A DNA stretch of 64,000 bases from a virus: positions 106,139 through 170,138 of the IMG/VR virus record IMGVR_UViG_3300005096_000005, one strand, 5' to 3'. Below are positions 27,032-36,514 of the stretch, piece after piece. The notes below the pieces were generated by a model. That model made no database searches, was not told the origin of the DNA, and saw only the letters and a program-made list of their open reading frames with translations. Numbering within the stretch: position 1 is the first letter of the stretch; each line of letters starts with the position of its first letter. A program made the translations under genes and the position numbers.

Positions 27032-27412
27032 CTACCGTCTCAGATCATCTTGTGTACGCAGTTCTCCTATTACCAATTCACCAATGGGTTCAAACTGTAT
27101 CCAATTCGATGGCATATTCACCCCATCGTAGTCTGCCACGTAGTACACATCGGTAGATAAATCTCCTTCTGCCAGGAATAACGGATGTTCCACCTGTCCC
27201 TGGACTACCGGTGGGTCCTTGAACACCAACTCGTTACCAGTCAATGCCCCAGACGTATTCCAGGTCCCGTCGTCCTGGAGGATGCCATATTGTCCGGTTG
27301 TCGAACGATACCTTCGAAGCAACACCAGTTCCCCCGCCTGAGACGTCCACCACAGCATCCGCCTGTCGGGCGCTGTCAGAAAGTGTGCGAATGTCGGTTT
27401 AACTGGTGACAT
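27032..27412 (-). CDS. Hypothetical virion protein (126 aa)
   Basis: TAATG-coupled; resembles the C-terminal half of 27412..28035 (L..D.xWNT, GDxYxVA, IGxLxI). Confidence 0.65.
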   Translation of the reverse strand: MSPVKPTFAHFLTAPDRRMLWWTSQAGELVLLRRYRSTTGQYGILQDDGTWNTSGALTGNELVFKDPPVVQGQVEHPLFLAEGDLSTDVYYVADYDGVNMPSNWIQFEPIGELVIGELRTQDDLRR

Positions 27413-28035
27413 TACCTTACCAAACCTCTCTGTATCGTCAGTCTTCCGATTGGGGAAACAGAATCCAGCGTTTCGATATTACACGCCCGCCAGTCTGAGC
27501 GCCCTCTCTCCACAGGGGTGGTTCCCGCCTGCGGGTCTAACGGACTTATAGACTCAGCTGCCACTTCGTAAATATCCCCAGACTGATAGTCGTCGTATGT
27601 AAAGAATCTGGACGGCACTATACCACTTCCTCCAAGCAATTGTCCTGTAACTAAAGCACTCTCAGGAATAAAAGACATGAGCTGTGTTACATCGTCGACT
27701 GTATTCCAGGACAGGTCGCTGTATAAATACTCCGTCGTGCCTCCCCTGATTCTCCTTAACACATATCTTTTAACATACTCTCCTTCTTCCCATGATATTA
27801 CCCCGCTGGACGTTTCAGGAAGGGCCGCCTGACTCCCTGCTATTGGTGCGGAAGCTGGAAGAATAAACGCCACAAGAAAGTCGCCGGCGTTCCCTGTCTC
27901 TACAGGCTCATACACGTAGCTCACAAAGAACTCCATCTGTATCTGTTCTTCGTTTCCCCACGACCCTACCGGATAGTAGAGCGCTATTGAGTCCACAAAG
28001 AATCCAAGCGATAGTTCAGACTGTTCTTCTGACAT
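27412..28035 (-). CDS. Hypothetical virion protein (207 aa)
   Basis: TAATG-coupled ORF in the structural block. Confidence 0.65.
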   Translation of the reverse strand: MSEEQSELSLGFFVDSIALYYPVGSWGNEEQIQMEFFVSYVYEPVETGNAGDFLVAFILPASAPIAGSQAALPETSSGVISWEEGEYVKRYVLRRIRGGTTEYLYSDLSWNTVDDVTQLMSFIPESALVTGQLLGGSGIVPSRFFTYDDYQSGDIYEVAAESISPLDPQAGTTPVERGRSDWRACNIETLDSVSPIGRLTIQRGLVR

Positions 28036-31000
28036 TATGTATCTCCACTAATCGAAACTAGCTTTCCGCTGGCCCGGACTCTGGTTTGCAATAACCCTGC
28101 CTGCGGGTCACCATCTGCCACAATGGTGCGCACCCAAAAAGGAACCGAGCCTTTTGCCGTTGACTCTTCCCATCCTCCGTTTATCGCCTGGCCCCTCATA
28201 CTCAATCCACTCAGTACTGGACAGTTCATCCTTACATTATTGATATACATTGTTGCAGTTACGTAGGGTACAGGGTAAGGGTCGCCTACAACAGTCCTGA
28301 ATGTCATGCTGACCGACCCCCATACAAACGCTTGCTGGAACTGGTGTATGATGTTCCAACCCTCCGTGAACAATGTAACTTCTACGACATCCTGTGGCGT
28401 ATGGTCCGGATTCTCAAGACGCTGTACGCGCAACCTGTACTTCTTTGCTGGATCTATCGCAACTCCTGTGTCATCGTGCTGACTTGCTGCGCCATCCCAA
28501 TACGAGAAGACCAGGTTTCCCGCCGCATTCACGCTGGCCCCTACTATCAGGCTGTCTGCCGTATCAAAAGTGGATAGCGGGCTATCAAAATCCCATGTGT
28601 ACGTTGGAACCATACTGAATATCCACCCCTCTGGATCGGTTACAATTAGGTCCAACTCAAAACACCACACCAAATCTTTTGGCAGCTCGTCCGAATACCA
28701 CCATGCCAGACCGGCATTCGCCTGTGCGTTCGACTTGTGCAATCCGCACATATCGGAATATATGTCACCTTCCGCATCTATCGTTACAGCGCCATCGCTC
28801 TCAATAGACAGCGTCCACGCTCCCCTTACGTCTCCATTGTCGAGATCTGTCGGGCTTGTCTGGTCTTTTGCTGTCTCAAATCTCAGCGGAGTTCCAAGAC
28901 CTGCAAAACCAATCCAATTGAACTCGCGGGTCAAGTCCGGCATGACACTGCTTCGGTCCTGATCTATTGGCGAATACGTGAGACCTGTCTCGTAATCTGT
29001 AACAGGATAGGATACCTCGTCCGAAGCGTCAAACCTGTAGATTCTCAAATTGTCTATTCCACCAGCATCTGCAATAATGGCGGGCGCTGTGTCGTCATCC
29101 AGTGAAGCTCCAACCCTTAGCCTTGTAGTGTCGGAATCGAATACGAGATTAGCAAGATCGGCCGCCGACGTGTTGCCTGCCCCCATCTGAATCAAAGCTC
29201 CGCCAGCCCCGTCATCTCTATAAAACTTCAGATCTGTGCCATCAAAGGCTATCCCGATAAATGCTGTGCTGAGCGTAAAGTCCTGGTCCGTAGATTCTGT
29301 GGGCTCGTAATTGACTGTAGTCGCCAGACTCTCGTCGTGAGCAGTTACTCTCAGGTGACGCTCCGACCCATCGTAGTATAAAGAAACCCGAATCCAATCC
29401 AGACTTACAGAATCCATAATCTCGAACAGCAGGTATTCGGTTGATCCGACATCCATTCCTGTTCTATGTAATTGGAACGTCGTTGTCCATTCTGCCTCAT
29501 TAAAGAATATCCCATCGAATGTAACCCATGAAGCACCATCGAAATTCATCCACTTGTAGAACAGCGAATCTGTACCGCCCCCTACATAATCCAATGCCGT
29601 CAGGTCCACACCACGGTATAGACCATGCGGTCCAATTACAGAACGCACCTTGCCCAGTATATTGTTGGGAACGTCAGCGAACCGATCGTCCACAAAGTCG
29701 GGAGTCCACTGAATAGTCATGTCACCGGTGTTCATCCAATAGTGGGCCGATATCTGAATCAGTTTCTCTGTATTACCGTCGGTGTCTTCTATAGTTATAG
29801 CAACATCTTCCTGGCTACTGAGAGGATGTCCATTGTATACGTAACTTCTATAAGGGTCCGAATCTACCCCTCTGGCTGTTACTACCCCTTCTGCGTTGAG
29901 ATCCACAGAAGTTTGTGGTTTGTCCAGATCACGGTCACTGAAGCCAATGGACCAGTCGGAGATAGACACTAGGAGGTCGTCGATAGTGACCGACCCTCCC
30001 TCGTCGGGAGATATCTCAATCTCTACGTACTGGAAGTCACAGGTCAACTGTGTAAAGGCCGTCTCGAATGAGCCGACATAGAACTTTGGATTCTTGAACA
30101 CCTTGACGTTATCAACAAAACATGTCCCATCGGGTGCGTCGGTTGCCCAAAAGGCCGCATCACCTATTGCAAGCGCCACCGGATCAGTAAAGGCAAAGTT
30201 GCTCGTTCCAAAAGCCTGTATCCATTCCCATTGTGGAGTCACAATATTAACCATTACTCTGGCACGATTATCTTCCAAGATCCCCGAACGCTTATCGTGC
30301 TCGCTCCACGAGAGATCCAGAGTATCCGAAACCCATGAGATACATACGTGGTAGAAATTGTCTCTCGGAAGTATTGGTGTTGCTGGTTCGCCAAAATCCC
30401 AGAAGCCGTTTACACTACCAGATCCGGTTGGCATGCCCGACACAGCCTCACTCACAACCGGCACGTGCCAATCGTCTGACGTCGCTGGAGGGTCAGTTGT
30501 CTCATACTTCTTTGCATATATGTCGTCATAAGTGTAGAACCCACGCGGAGGGTAATAAGCATTCTTCCTGAGATATATATGAGAATAAAGGGTTAGCGAA
30601 GCTCCGGTCAAAACGTGAGACGGGACTATAGGTCCCTGAGTGCCCGGCGACCAATTGTAGTTCATCCACGATAGCAAATTTTGCTCACCATCGTTGATCG
30701 CATTGGTGTGCGTAGCACATGGACCCACCATTGGGTGATACGAATGCCATGGGGCATTAGAAATACCTGAAGACGACCATCCTTTTAAGGCTCCGAACAA
30801 TCCTGGGTTTGTCCATGAATAACTGATACTCGTATTGCCGTAAGCTGACGCGAAAGGAACACCGGGCCTCCATGTAACTCCTTCATAATCCCCTACACAC
30901 GATATGTCGAACGAGACAGCCCCACCGATGTCCTGGAAAAGCGATGGGGGAAGAGAAAACGCACGATATACATTGTTTTGTGCCGCGGTACTATATGGCC

Positions 31001-31598
31001 CTCCTACGAAATCCAACCCTCCGGCATCCCCATAAAGACCGCCACCAAAAGAAGTTGCCAGCATAGGCTTGTGAGTGTATGCTATTGGGTCAGTGGTTAC
31101 TGGCAACTCTCCAAACCTATGCAAATCCGGAGTGATATACGCTGCATCGAAGTCGTTCATTGTTGCGGCGAATATACAGGAAGACGCATCTTGCAGGTTT
31201 TCAAACCGCCACTCATCGGGTTCCCAACCCCCATCACCATTAACGGACAGAACACTTTCGTGTCGCATTGGCGCAAAGTCCACCGAACTGTCTCCGCCTC
31301 CATACACGGCAGGGTGGCCATCTCGCGGGTAACGGGTGCCTCCAGCTACAGGTAGATATGTCGAGTCGTCACGAGACAACCTCACTCTCGGAGGCTCAGT
31401 GACCGGGTTTCCTGTGTTGCTTTTGATTTTGATAGCACGTATCGACATCGTCGTTGGCATGATGATCTTAATACGGTCTCCGGGATTGAACGTCCCTGAC
31501 CCTCCTGCCGCCAACAGGTCAAGTTGCGCTTGAGCCGCGGGCTGGAATCGCCCCGGCCGAAGTTTTATGAATTGTGTTACATCAATCGGTTCTGACAT
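28035..31598 (-). CDS. Large multi-domain virion protein with LamG/ConA-like lectin domains (1187 aa)
   Basis: FYHVCISW...VDNVKVF, IDNLRIY and INNVRM are LamG-type endings; acidic and beta-rich. Confidence 0.65.
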   Translation of the reverse strand: MSEPIDVTQFIKLRPGRFQPAAQAQLDLLAAGGSGTFNPGDRIKIIMPTTMSIRAIKIKSNTGNPVTEPPRVRLSRDDSTYLPVAGGTRYPRDGHPAVYGGGDSSVDFAPMRHESVLSVNGDGGWEPDEWRFENLQDASSCIFAATMNDFDAAYITPDLHRFGELPVTTDPIAYTHKPMLATSFGGGLYGDAGGLDFVGGPYSTAAQNNVYRAFSLPPSLFQDIGGAVSFDISCVGDYEGVTWRPGVPFASAYGNTSISYSWTNPGLFGALKGWSSSGISNAPWHSYHPMVGPCATHTNAINDGEQNLLSWMNYNWSPGTQGPIVPSHVLTGASLTLYSHIYLRKNAYYPPRGFYTYDDIYAKKYETTDPPATSDDWHVPVVSEAVSGMPTGSGSVNGFWDFGEPATPILPRDNFYHVCISWVSDTLDLSWSEHDKRSGILEDNRARVMVNIVTPQWEWIQAFGTSNFAFTDPVALAIGDAAFWATDAPDGTCFVDNVKVFKNPKFYVGSFETAFTQLTCDFQYVEIEISPDEGGSVTIDDLLVSISDWSIGFSDRDLDKPQTSVDLNAEGVVTARGVDSDPYRSYVYNGHPLSSQEDVAITIEDTDGNTEKLIQISAHYWMNTGDMTIQWTPDFVDDRFADVPNNILGKVRSVIGPHGLYRGVDLTALDYVGGGTDSLFYKWMNFDGASWVTFDGIFFNEAEWTTTFQLHRTGMDVGSTEYLLFEIMDSVSLDWIRVSLYYDGSERHLRVTAHDESLATTVNYEPTESTDQDFTLSTAFIGIAFDGTDLKFYRDDGAGGALIQMGAGNTSAADLANLVFDSDTTRLRVGASLDDDTAPAIIADAGGIDNLRIYRFDASDEVSYPVTDYETGLTYSPIDQDRSSVMPDLTREFNWIGFAGLGTPLRFETAKDQTSPTDLDNGDVRGAWTLSIESDGAVTIDAEGDIYSDMCGLHKSNAQANAGLAWWYSDELPKDLVWCFELDLIVTDPEGWIFSMVPTYTWDFDSPLSTFDTADSLIVGASVNAAGNLVFSYWDGAASQHDDTGVAIDPAKKYRLRVQRLENPDHTPQDVVEVTLFTEGWNIIHQFQQAFVWGSVSMTFRTVVGDPYPVPYVTATMYINNVRMNCPVLSGLSMRGQAINGGWEESTAKGSVPFWVRTIVADGDPQAGLLQTRVRASGKLVSISGDT

Positions 31599-31601
31599 AT
31601 C

Positions 31602-32195
31602 TTAACTCCTGTCTGCCTTGGAGTATTGAATTCTCATATCAAATTCGAACGAACCATCAACCGGAGGGTTCGCTATGTCCACCCCGTCCCAGGCTTTAAT
31701 CTTATATTGCACATGCCGTGAGACCGCCTTCAGCGGGTCCGGGAAGTGGGGCTGTTGCCAATTGCTTGCGTCGATGTCGAAGTAAGTAACCTCCGTCAAA
31801 ACCTCAGCCGCATCCAACACGTGCAACGTAACACGAACGACATCGGTTCCAGGATCGGTTTTGAGCTGGAAGACACCGGCATCCACTCGAAACACCTCGT
31901 CTGACGCACCAAGGCCCGTATCGAATGCAACGTGAACGTCACTTCCCAATACAGGGATAGTAACGGCTACCGGATCTTGAGATATAAATACCCCTTTCAT
32001 AAGCTGCATCAACCTCCATTCCGTATCCGTTCCGCCATAAAACTCCTTTGTACTGGTCAGGTAAAGTACGCGGCCCTGGTCTCTGCTCACATCGAACGAT
32101 GGGAGTGAACTGACCTGCTCAACCCACAGGTTCAGGAAGTGCCCTGGTACTACAGTGTCCCTTTCCGGGACGTTAAGATGTCCTCTTATATTCAT
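31602..32195 (-). CDS. Virion structural protein (197 aa)
   Basis: VSSLPSF...GRVLYLTSTKEFY...W fibre-shaft motif; coupled start. Confidence 0.6.
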   Translation of the reverse strand: MNIRGHLNVPERDTVVPGHFLNLWVEQVSSLPSFDVSRDQGRVLYLTSTKEFYGGTDTEWRLMQLMKGVFISQDPVAVTIPVLGSDVHVAFDTGLGASDEVFRVDAGVFQLKTDPGTDVVRVTLHVLDAAEVLTEVTYFDIDASNWQQPHFPDPLKAVSRHVQYKIKAWDGVDIANPPVDGSFEFDMRIQYSKADRS

Positions 32196-33436
32196 GGTAG
32201 CATCCCCACTATACTTATCTTTGCGGTCACGTCGCCAACCCAGGTAACCTTAACAGTATTGCCGTCTTCGATGGATACTTTATCGGGAATAAACTGCTCA
32301 AACTTCCCTCCACCAACAGCCTCGAAACACTGGACCACAATATTCGTGGTCCCCAAATTATGCGCGATAGTGATCTCTCCGCTTTCTGGCGCGGCAGAAT
32401 CGTATGTTGTCCCAACTGTCATCTGCCCTTTGGACAGAACATTCTTGAGCGCCTGCAATTGAGCGTCGTTCAGGTGATTGTACTCCGGTCCATCTCCGGA
32501 CGGGCCGGTAGAATCGTGATTCGGAACGGCCGCGGATATCTTTATCCACCTGCCGTCTCCCGTGTTCCCGTCCGGGTTGATTACCTTCTCGCCGTCCGGC
32601 GTAGCCGTAGACTCAGCATCGTACCTGTAGATGGCTCCGTTCTCCTCACAAAGACGTGCCATCTTGTCCGCCACCAGGTCCGGATTTGTATAGTCAAGAG
32701 CGGCAAGTTCTGCCTTTGTGTCAACAGGCTCGCCCCACATATTGCCCATGTTGCTGACTTCTGCAACCAGTTCGTCGAGAGCCTGCTCAACCGTCTTCGT
32801 CTTGTACCATACTACCCTGGAGTGGTCTCTGACCTGAACCGACGTGGCCGGGTCTACGTTGTTGAGCACATCCCTGCTTGCCGCCTGCAGGCCGCCCACG
32901 TCTATAAGCTGTACCAGAGACGATGTGTCTATGTCATCTGCTATCACATCTTCTATCCATACCGTGGAGATCGTCCCTGTCAGCTCCAACTTCCCGTCGA
33001 CCTGACCATCCTTGATGCGCACCACGTTACCGACCTGAGAGCCGCCATCGATGGAAAGCCCGACTGTGGCACCACCCTCTGGAAATAGTTTCACACCAGA
33101 CATGGATACAGCTATCGGCTCCGTATCAGCAAAAGCCACAATAGGTGTAACACCATCGCCATGGATCTCCACACCACCGCACTCCCCGAAAATGTGAACC
33201 TTCTTGTCCGTAAAGTTCACCGACGACGTGACAGTATAAGTGCTATCTTTCAGAACCAGAACATAGACGTCCGAGTCTGTCATAGCAGCCACGGCTGCAT
33301 CCAGGGTTTTGAATGGTCTGTACACACTTCCATCTTCGTCCAGGTTTTTGCCCATGGCCGACACAAATATAATGCGTGACCACAACGCAGATTCAACGTC
33401 TATATAATCCTTCATTCGGCTTCCCATGTTATACAC
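32192..33436 (-). CDS. Tail spike/fibre-like protein with beta-helix-like N-terminus (414 aa)
   Basis: IFVSAMG..DEDGSVYRPFKTLDAAV, IYRYDAESTATPDG...GRWIK and TIAHNLGT motifs. Confidence 0.6.
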   Translation of the reverse strand: MYNMGSRMKDYIDVESALWSRIIFVSAMGKNLDEDGSVYRPFKTLDAAVAAMTDSDVYVLVLKDSTYTVTSSVNFTDKKVHIFGECGGVEIHGDGVTPIVAFADTEPIAVSMSGVKLFPEGGATVGLSIDGGSQVGNVVRIKDGQVDGKLELTGTISTVWIEDVIADDIDTSSLVQLIDVGGLQAASRDVLNNVDPATSVQVRDHSRVVWYKTKTVEQALDELVAEVSNMGNMWGEPVDTKAELAALDYTNPDLVADKMARLCEENGAIYRYDAESTATPDGEKVINPDGNTGDGRWIKISAAVPNHDSTGPSGDGPEYNHLNDAQLQALKNVLSKGQMTVGTTYDSAAPESGEITIAHNLGTTNIVVQCFEAVGGGKFEQFIPDKVSIEDGNTVKVTWVGDVTAKISIVGMLP

Positions 33437-33971
33437 TCACCGTTGTAGCGTAATGTATTCTTACAAGGTCCTGGTACTCCATCAGGTTTTGTAGCTTGAT
33501 GGTAATTCCCACAACCTCGGATCCTACGACCTTCTCTTCCCACTCTGTAGACGACAGCTCCCTGCCTCTCACAGTGACGAAGAAGGATCCCGCTATAGCG
33601 TTTGGCCGGTCACTAACCGGAATAGCTATGTCGAAGTCTGCCGGATTCGGATTGATCTGATCCGGATATTCAAACTCGTATATTTTGGTTTCTCTGAGGT
33701 AACCTAAGGACAGAGACGTCTTGATAACCTTCTGTACGGCAATAATAGCGCAGTACAGGTTGTGGATGTACTTGGCAAACCACTTCTCATCAACGCCGTC
33801 GTCGTGCACCGGCCACTGGTCGATGCCGTCGTTATCCCCGTTGGGGAAGTTGGTCTCCCCCGTATAGTCTACATTGCCCGAACTATTGCCGGGACCATAC
33901 CCGTGCTCCGGTAAGTTGTCCGCGTTGTAATCGGCAACGTCTGAATGTGTTCCCTGCTGTGGAGTTGACAT
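33429..33971 (-). CDS. Virion structural protein (180 aa)
   Basis: TNFPNG...AKYIHNLYCAIIAVQKVI, a fibre-anchor-like motif; SD AAGGAG. Confidence 0.6.
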   Translation of the reverse strand: MSTPQQGTHSDVADYNADNLPEHGYGPGNSSGNVDYTGETNFPNGDNDGIDQWPVHDDGVDEKWFAKYIHNLYCAIIAVQKVIKTSLSLGYLRETKIYEFEYPDQINPNPADFDIAIPVSDRPNAIAGSFFVTVRGRELSSTEWEEKVVGSEVVGITIKLQNLMEYQDLVRIHYATTVSV

Positions 33972-33984
33972 ATATACAGACTCC

Positions 33985-34596
33985 TTAATCCACTATCCTG
34001 ATGCGTTGTTCCTGTCGTAGAAGGCGTTCGACCTCACGCTCATTAACGCCCGCCCCCTGGCAGTAGACTTTGTAGAAAACCAGGACACCCTGTTCCTGGC
34101 GTTTGTCTTCTACTCTCTCTACTTCGTGTGCTTCTATAAGATTCAAAACCATCTCCGTGGCTTCATTCCATTCGACCTTGAATATAAAGTCCCCAACCTT
34201 GGGCCTTGCATTAGGCTTCATTGCAAAACTGTGAGACGGATTCGGAACACGTCCCGGCTCTGTCTGTGGGTATGACTGCGCCTGTCTACCTGGAGACGCC
34301 TCACCCCAATCGCGTGCCACATGCCTTTCAATCGAGACCGCATACCCGGTACCGTAACATTCGGGACACGCTTTTATACCTCTACTATGCTGACTGGTCG
34401 TCTGCCAGCATTCATGCTTGACGTCCAGATCTCTTCTTAAGTACAAAACCATACTACCGATTCCCTCGTTGTCGTCAAGGAACTGCTCAAACTCATGGAC
34501 CAGCTCGGGCTGCCTTATCCTGCTGGCGTCGGCCCGAAGCCTACTGCGACTCCCAAGCGGTGTATATCCCCTTCTCAAGTTTACCACTTGTCCCAA
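33985..34596 (-). CDS. Putative head-closure/neck protein
   Basis: CPECYGTG, PKVGDFIFKVEW; follows the connector-like gene. Confidence 0.55.
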   Translation of the reverse strand: MGQVVNLRRGYTPLGSRSRLRADASRIRQPELVHEFEQFLDDNEGIGSMVLYLRRDLDVKHECWQTTSQHSRGIKACPECYGTGYAVSIERHVARDWGEASPGRQAQSYPQTEPGRVPNPSHSFAMKPNARPKVGDFIFKVEWNEATEMVLNLIEAHEVERVEDKRQEQGVLVFYKVYCQGAGVNEREVERLLRQEQRIRIVD

Positions 34597-35234
34597 TTCC
34601 TCCTATGACTCATTCCGGGCGGCATATAACTGCGTGCTTTCTTATGTCTTCTAACAGCTTCCGCAGAGGCGCCCCTGACAACAATCCTTGGGGCCGGCTT
34701 AGTCTTCTGCTCTCCTGACAGAGCCCAATAACAAGCATTCATCTCTGGAACGATATGGCTATCCAGAGCGTTCTTTAGATCGGTTACACTCCCTTTGTAA
34801 CTGATCTTGAAGTCGCCCAGAGTCTTTTCCCCTGTACCTCCCGAGGCAAGGAATGGGAAGTAGCTGACCAGAAGTAAGTACTGGGTTCTGTACCGCACGT
34901 AGCAGTCCAGATATCCTACCAGGGCTTCGTCCGTTCCGTTTTGTAGTAACTGATCCAAATCATAGTTTACATCCGGCACAGGCGTCCATATCTTCCCTCG
35001 CTTGATTGCGCGCCAGGCATCAAGAGACGCCTGGTATGCATACATCTGGATCACCTCTGGAGGGATAGTTCCCAGGAGGGCGCGCAGGTCAAGCTCAATC
35101 AGCTCGATAGAACCCCACATCGGTTTGAATGGGGTGAAGAACGAAAACGACTCTGTGGGCGCAGAGGCCCCATCAACGCTTCGTATTCCGCTGATTCTGA
35201 CTGTGTACCTACACGACTGGTTCCACATGTGCAA
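34581..35234 (-). CDS. Putative head-tail connector/adaptor
   Basis: Helical body plus EKTLGDFKISYK beta-hairpin and basic C-tail. Confidence 0.6.
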   Translation of the reverse strand: MHMWNQSCRYTVRISGIRSVDGASAPTESFSFFTPFKPMWGSIELIELDLRALLGTIPPEVIQMYAYQASLDAWRAIKRGKIWTPVPDVNYDLDQLLQNGTDEALVGYLDCYVRYRTQYLLLVSYFPFLASGGTGEKTLGDFKISYKGSVTDLKNALDSHIVPEMNACYWALSGEQKTKPAPRIVVRGASAEAVRRHKKARSYMPPGMSHRRNWDKW

Positions 35235-35607
35235 AGACCTCGACCGACGGCTCCATATTGCCGTCAGTAGTGAAAGTAAACTTATGAATCGACCCGTAAT
35301 CCGTATAGATTACTCCGAACGTAGTTCCCGTCTGTGCGCCAACACCCTGGCCCATGAAAGACACTCCATTGTGATGGACAAAAAACCGGTACGCACCCCA
35401 GTGGGGTTTAGTGCGCACTCTTATCTTCCTGCCCTGCCACTCCACGTAGACGTCAACAACGTCTTTAGCGAACAGTGGGTAGACATGTCCGTTAATCTCC
35501 ATTCTTTCCACTGGACAAAACTGCTTCCACTGGTCCGACGGAAGTTCCGACTTGCGCAGAATCTCTCCTCCGGCAAGCACAAATGTAAAGTCCACGATAT
35601 CTGCCAT
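35209..35607 (-). CDS. Hypothetical protein (132 aa)
   Basis: Coupled ORF with SD GGAG. Confidence 0.6.
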   Translation of the reverse strand: MADIVDFTFVLAGGEILRKSELPSDQWKQFCPVERMEINGHVYPLFAKDVVDVYVEWQGRKIRVRTKPHWGAYRFFVHHNGVSFMGQGVGAQTGTTFGVIYTDYGSIHKFTFTTDGNMEPSVEVFAHVEPVV

Positions 35608-35608
35608 A

Positions 35609-36502
35609 TTACTCCACCACGAACGTGTATTCGACTGCCATTGCCCACCAGTGTAGTTTTGCTACAGCTGTGGACGGAACGACTAACAACATCTGGATCT
35701 CGGCTGCAGCACCGTCGTTTTCTGCGGGCGGATCGAGAGATGTGTCAAGGCATCCGATGTAACTCTTGGTTTCGGACCCAATATAAAACTGCCCCACACC
35801 TTCGGGAGCCCCTGTCGGAACAGCATCCCAGTCGCTTGGACTCGACGGAGCGAGCAGTGGAGCATTCGCTCCCGCACCACCAGCAAACGTGGAACCTTGC
35901 CCTAACCCATACGGTCCTGGGTAGGTTTTGGCTGCCTGCTGAGTCCACGCTGTCCCTGCAAAACTGTACGTCCAATAAGACAGCTGCCGGACAATTGGCC
36001 AAAACCTGTGCTCACCGCCCGCAACGGTAGAGATCGGGTCTGCTGTCTGGAGATCAGAGAACGGCTCATCGAACATGCGCAGTTTGCAGTTCTCCGCCGT
36101 CGTATAAGACACCCCATCGATGCCACCCTGCTGCAGCTCGCGATTGTTGAACACAATCACATTCAAGGTGCACGACAGATTCCCCTGAAGGATATCGCGT
36201 TCAGAAGTGGCTTCGTTTACGAAACCCGCGCCAGAATCGATACCCGCTGATTGCAGCGCCGCCGGAAGCGGATCGGCCCACAGGTCAGTTTCCCCCTCAA
36301 CCGAGTCAGGATTGCCGGTCGCAATCTTGTTCAGCCAGTTCCCGCTCTGTCCGGGGTATCCACCTGCCGAGCCATCGCCATAGGATATTCGCGCATCGTC
36401 ATAAGTCGCTCCCTGAAGAGCAGGCAGATTAGCAACACTCGTACCCCACGCTTTGCCGACAGCCCCTTTCCAGAACTCTACTTTAGGTTCTAAGTACGCC
36501 AT
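35609..36502 (-). CDS. Probable abundant structural protein (297 aa)
   Basis: SD AAGGAGG; Gly/Ala-rich, beta-rich. Confidence 0.65.
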   Translation of the reverse strand: MAYLEPKVEFWKGAVGKAWGTSVANLPALQGATYDDARISYGDGSAGGYPGQSGNWLNKIATGNPDSVEGETDLWADPLPAALQSAGIDSGAGFVNEATSERDILQGNLSCTLNVIVFNNRELQQGGIDGVSYTTAENCKLRMFDEPFSDLQTADPISTVAGGEHRFWPIVRQLSYWTYSFAGTAWTQQAAKTYPGPYGLGQGSTFAGGAGANAPLLAPSSPSDWDAVPTGAPEGVGQFYIGSETKSYIGCLDTSLDPPAENDGAAAEIQMLLVVPSTAVAKLHWWAMAVEYTFVVE

Positions 36503-36514
36503 CGTAATTCCTCC

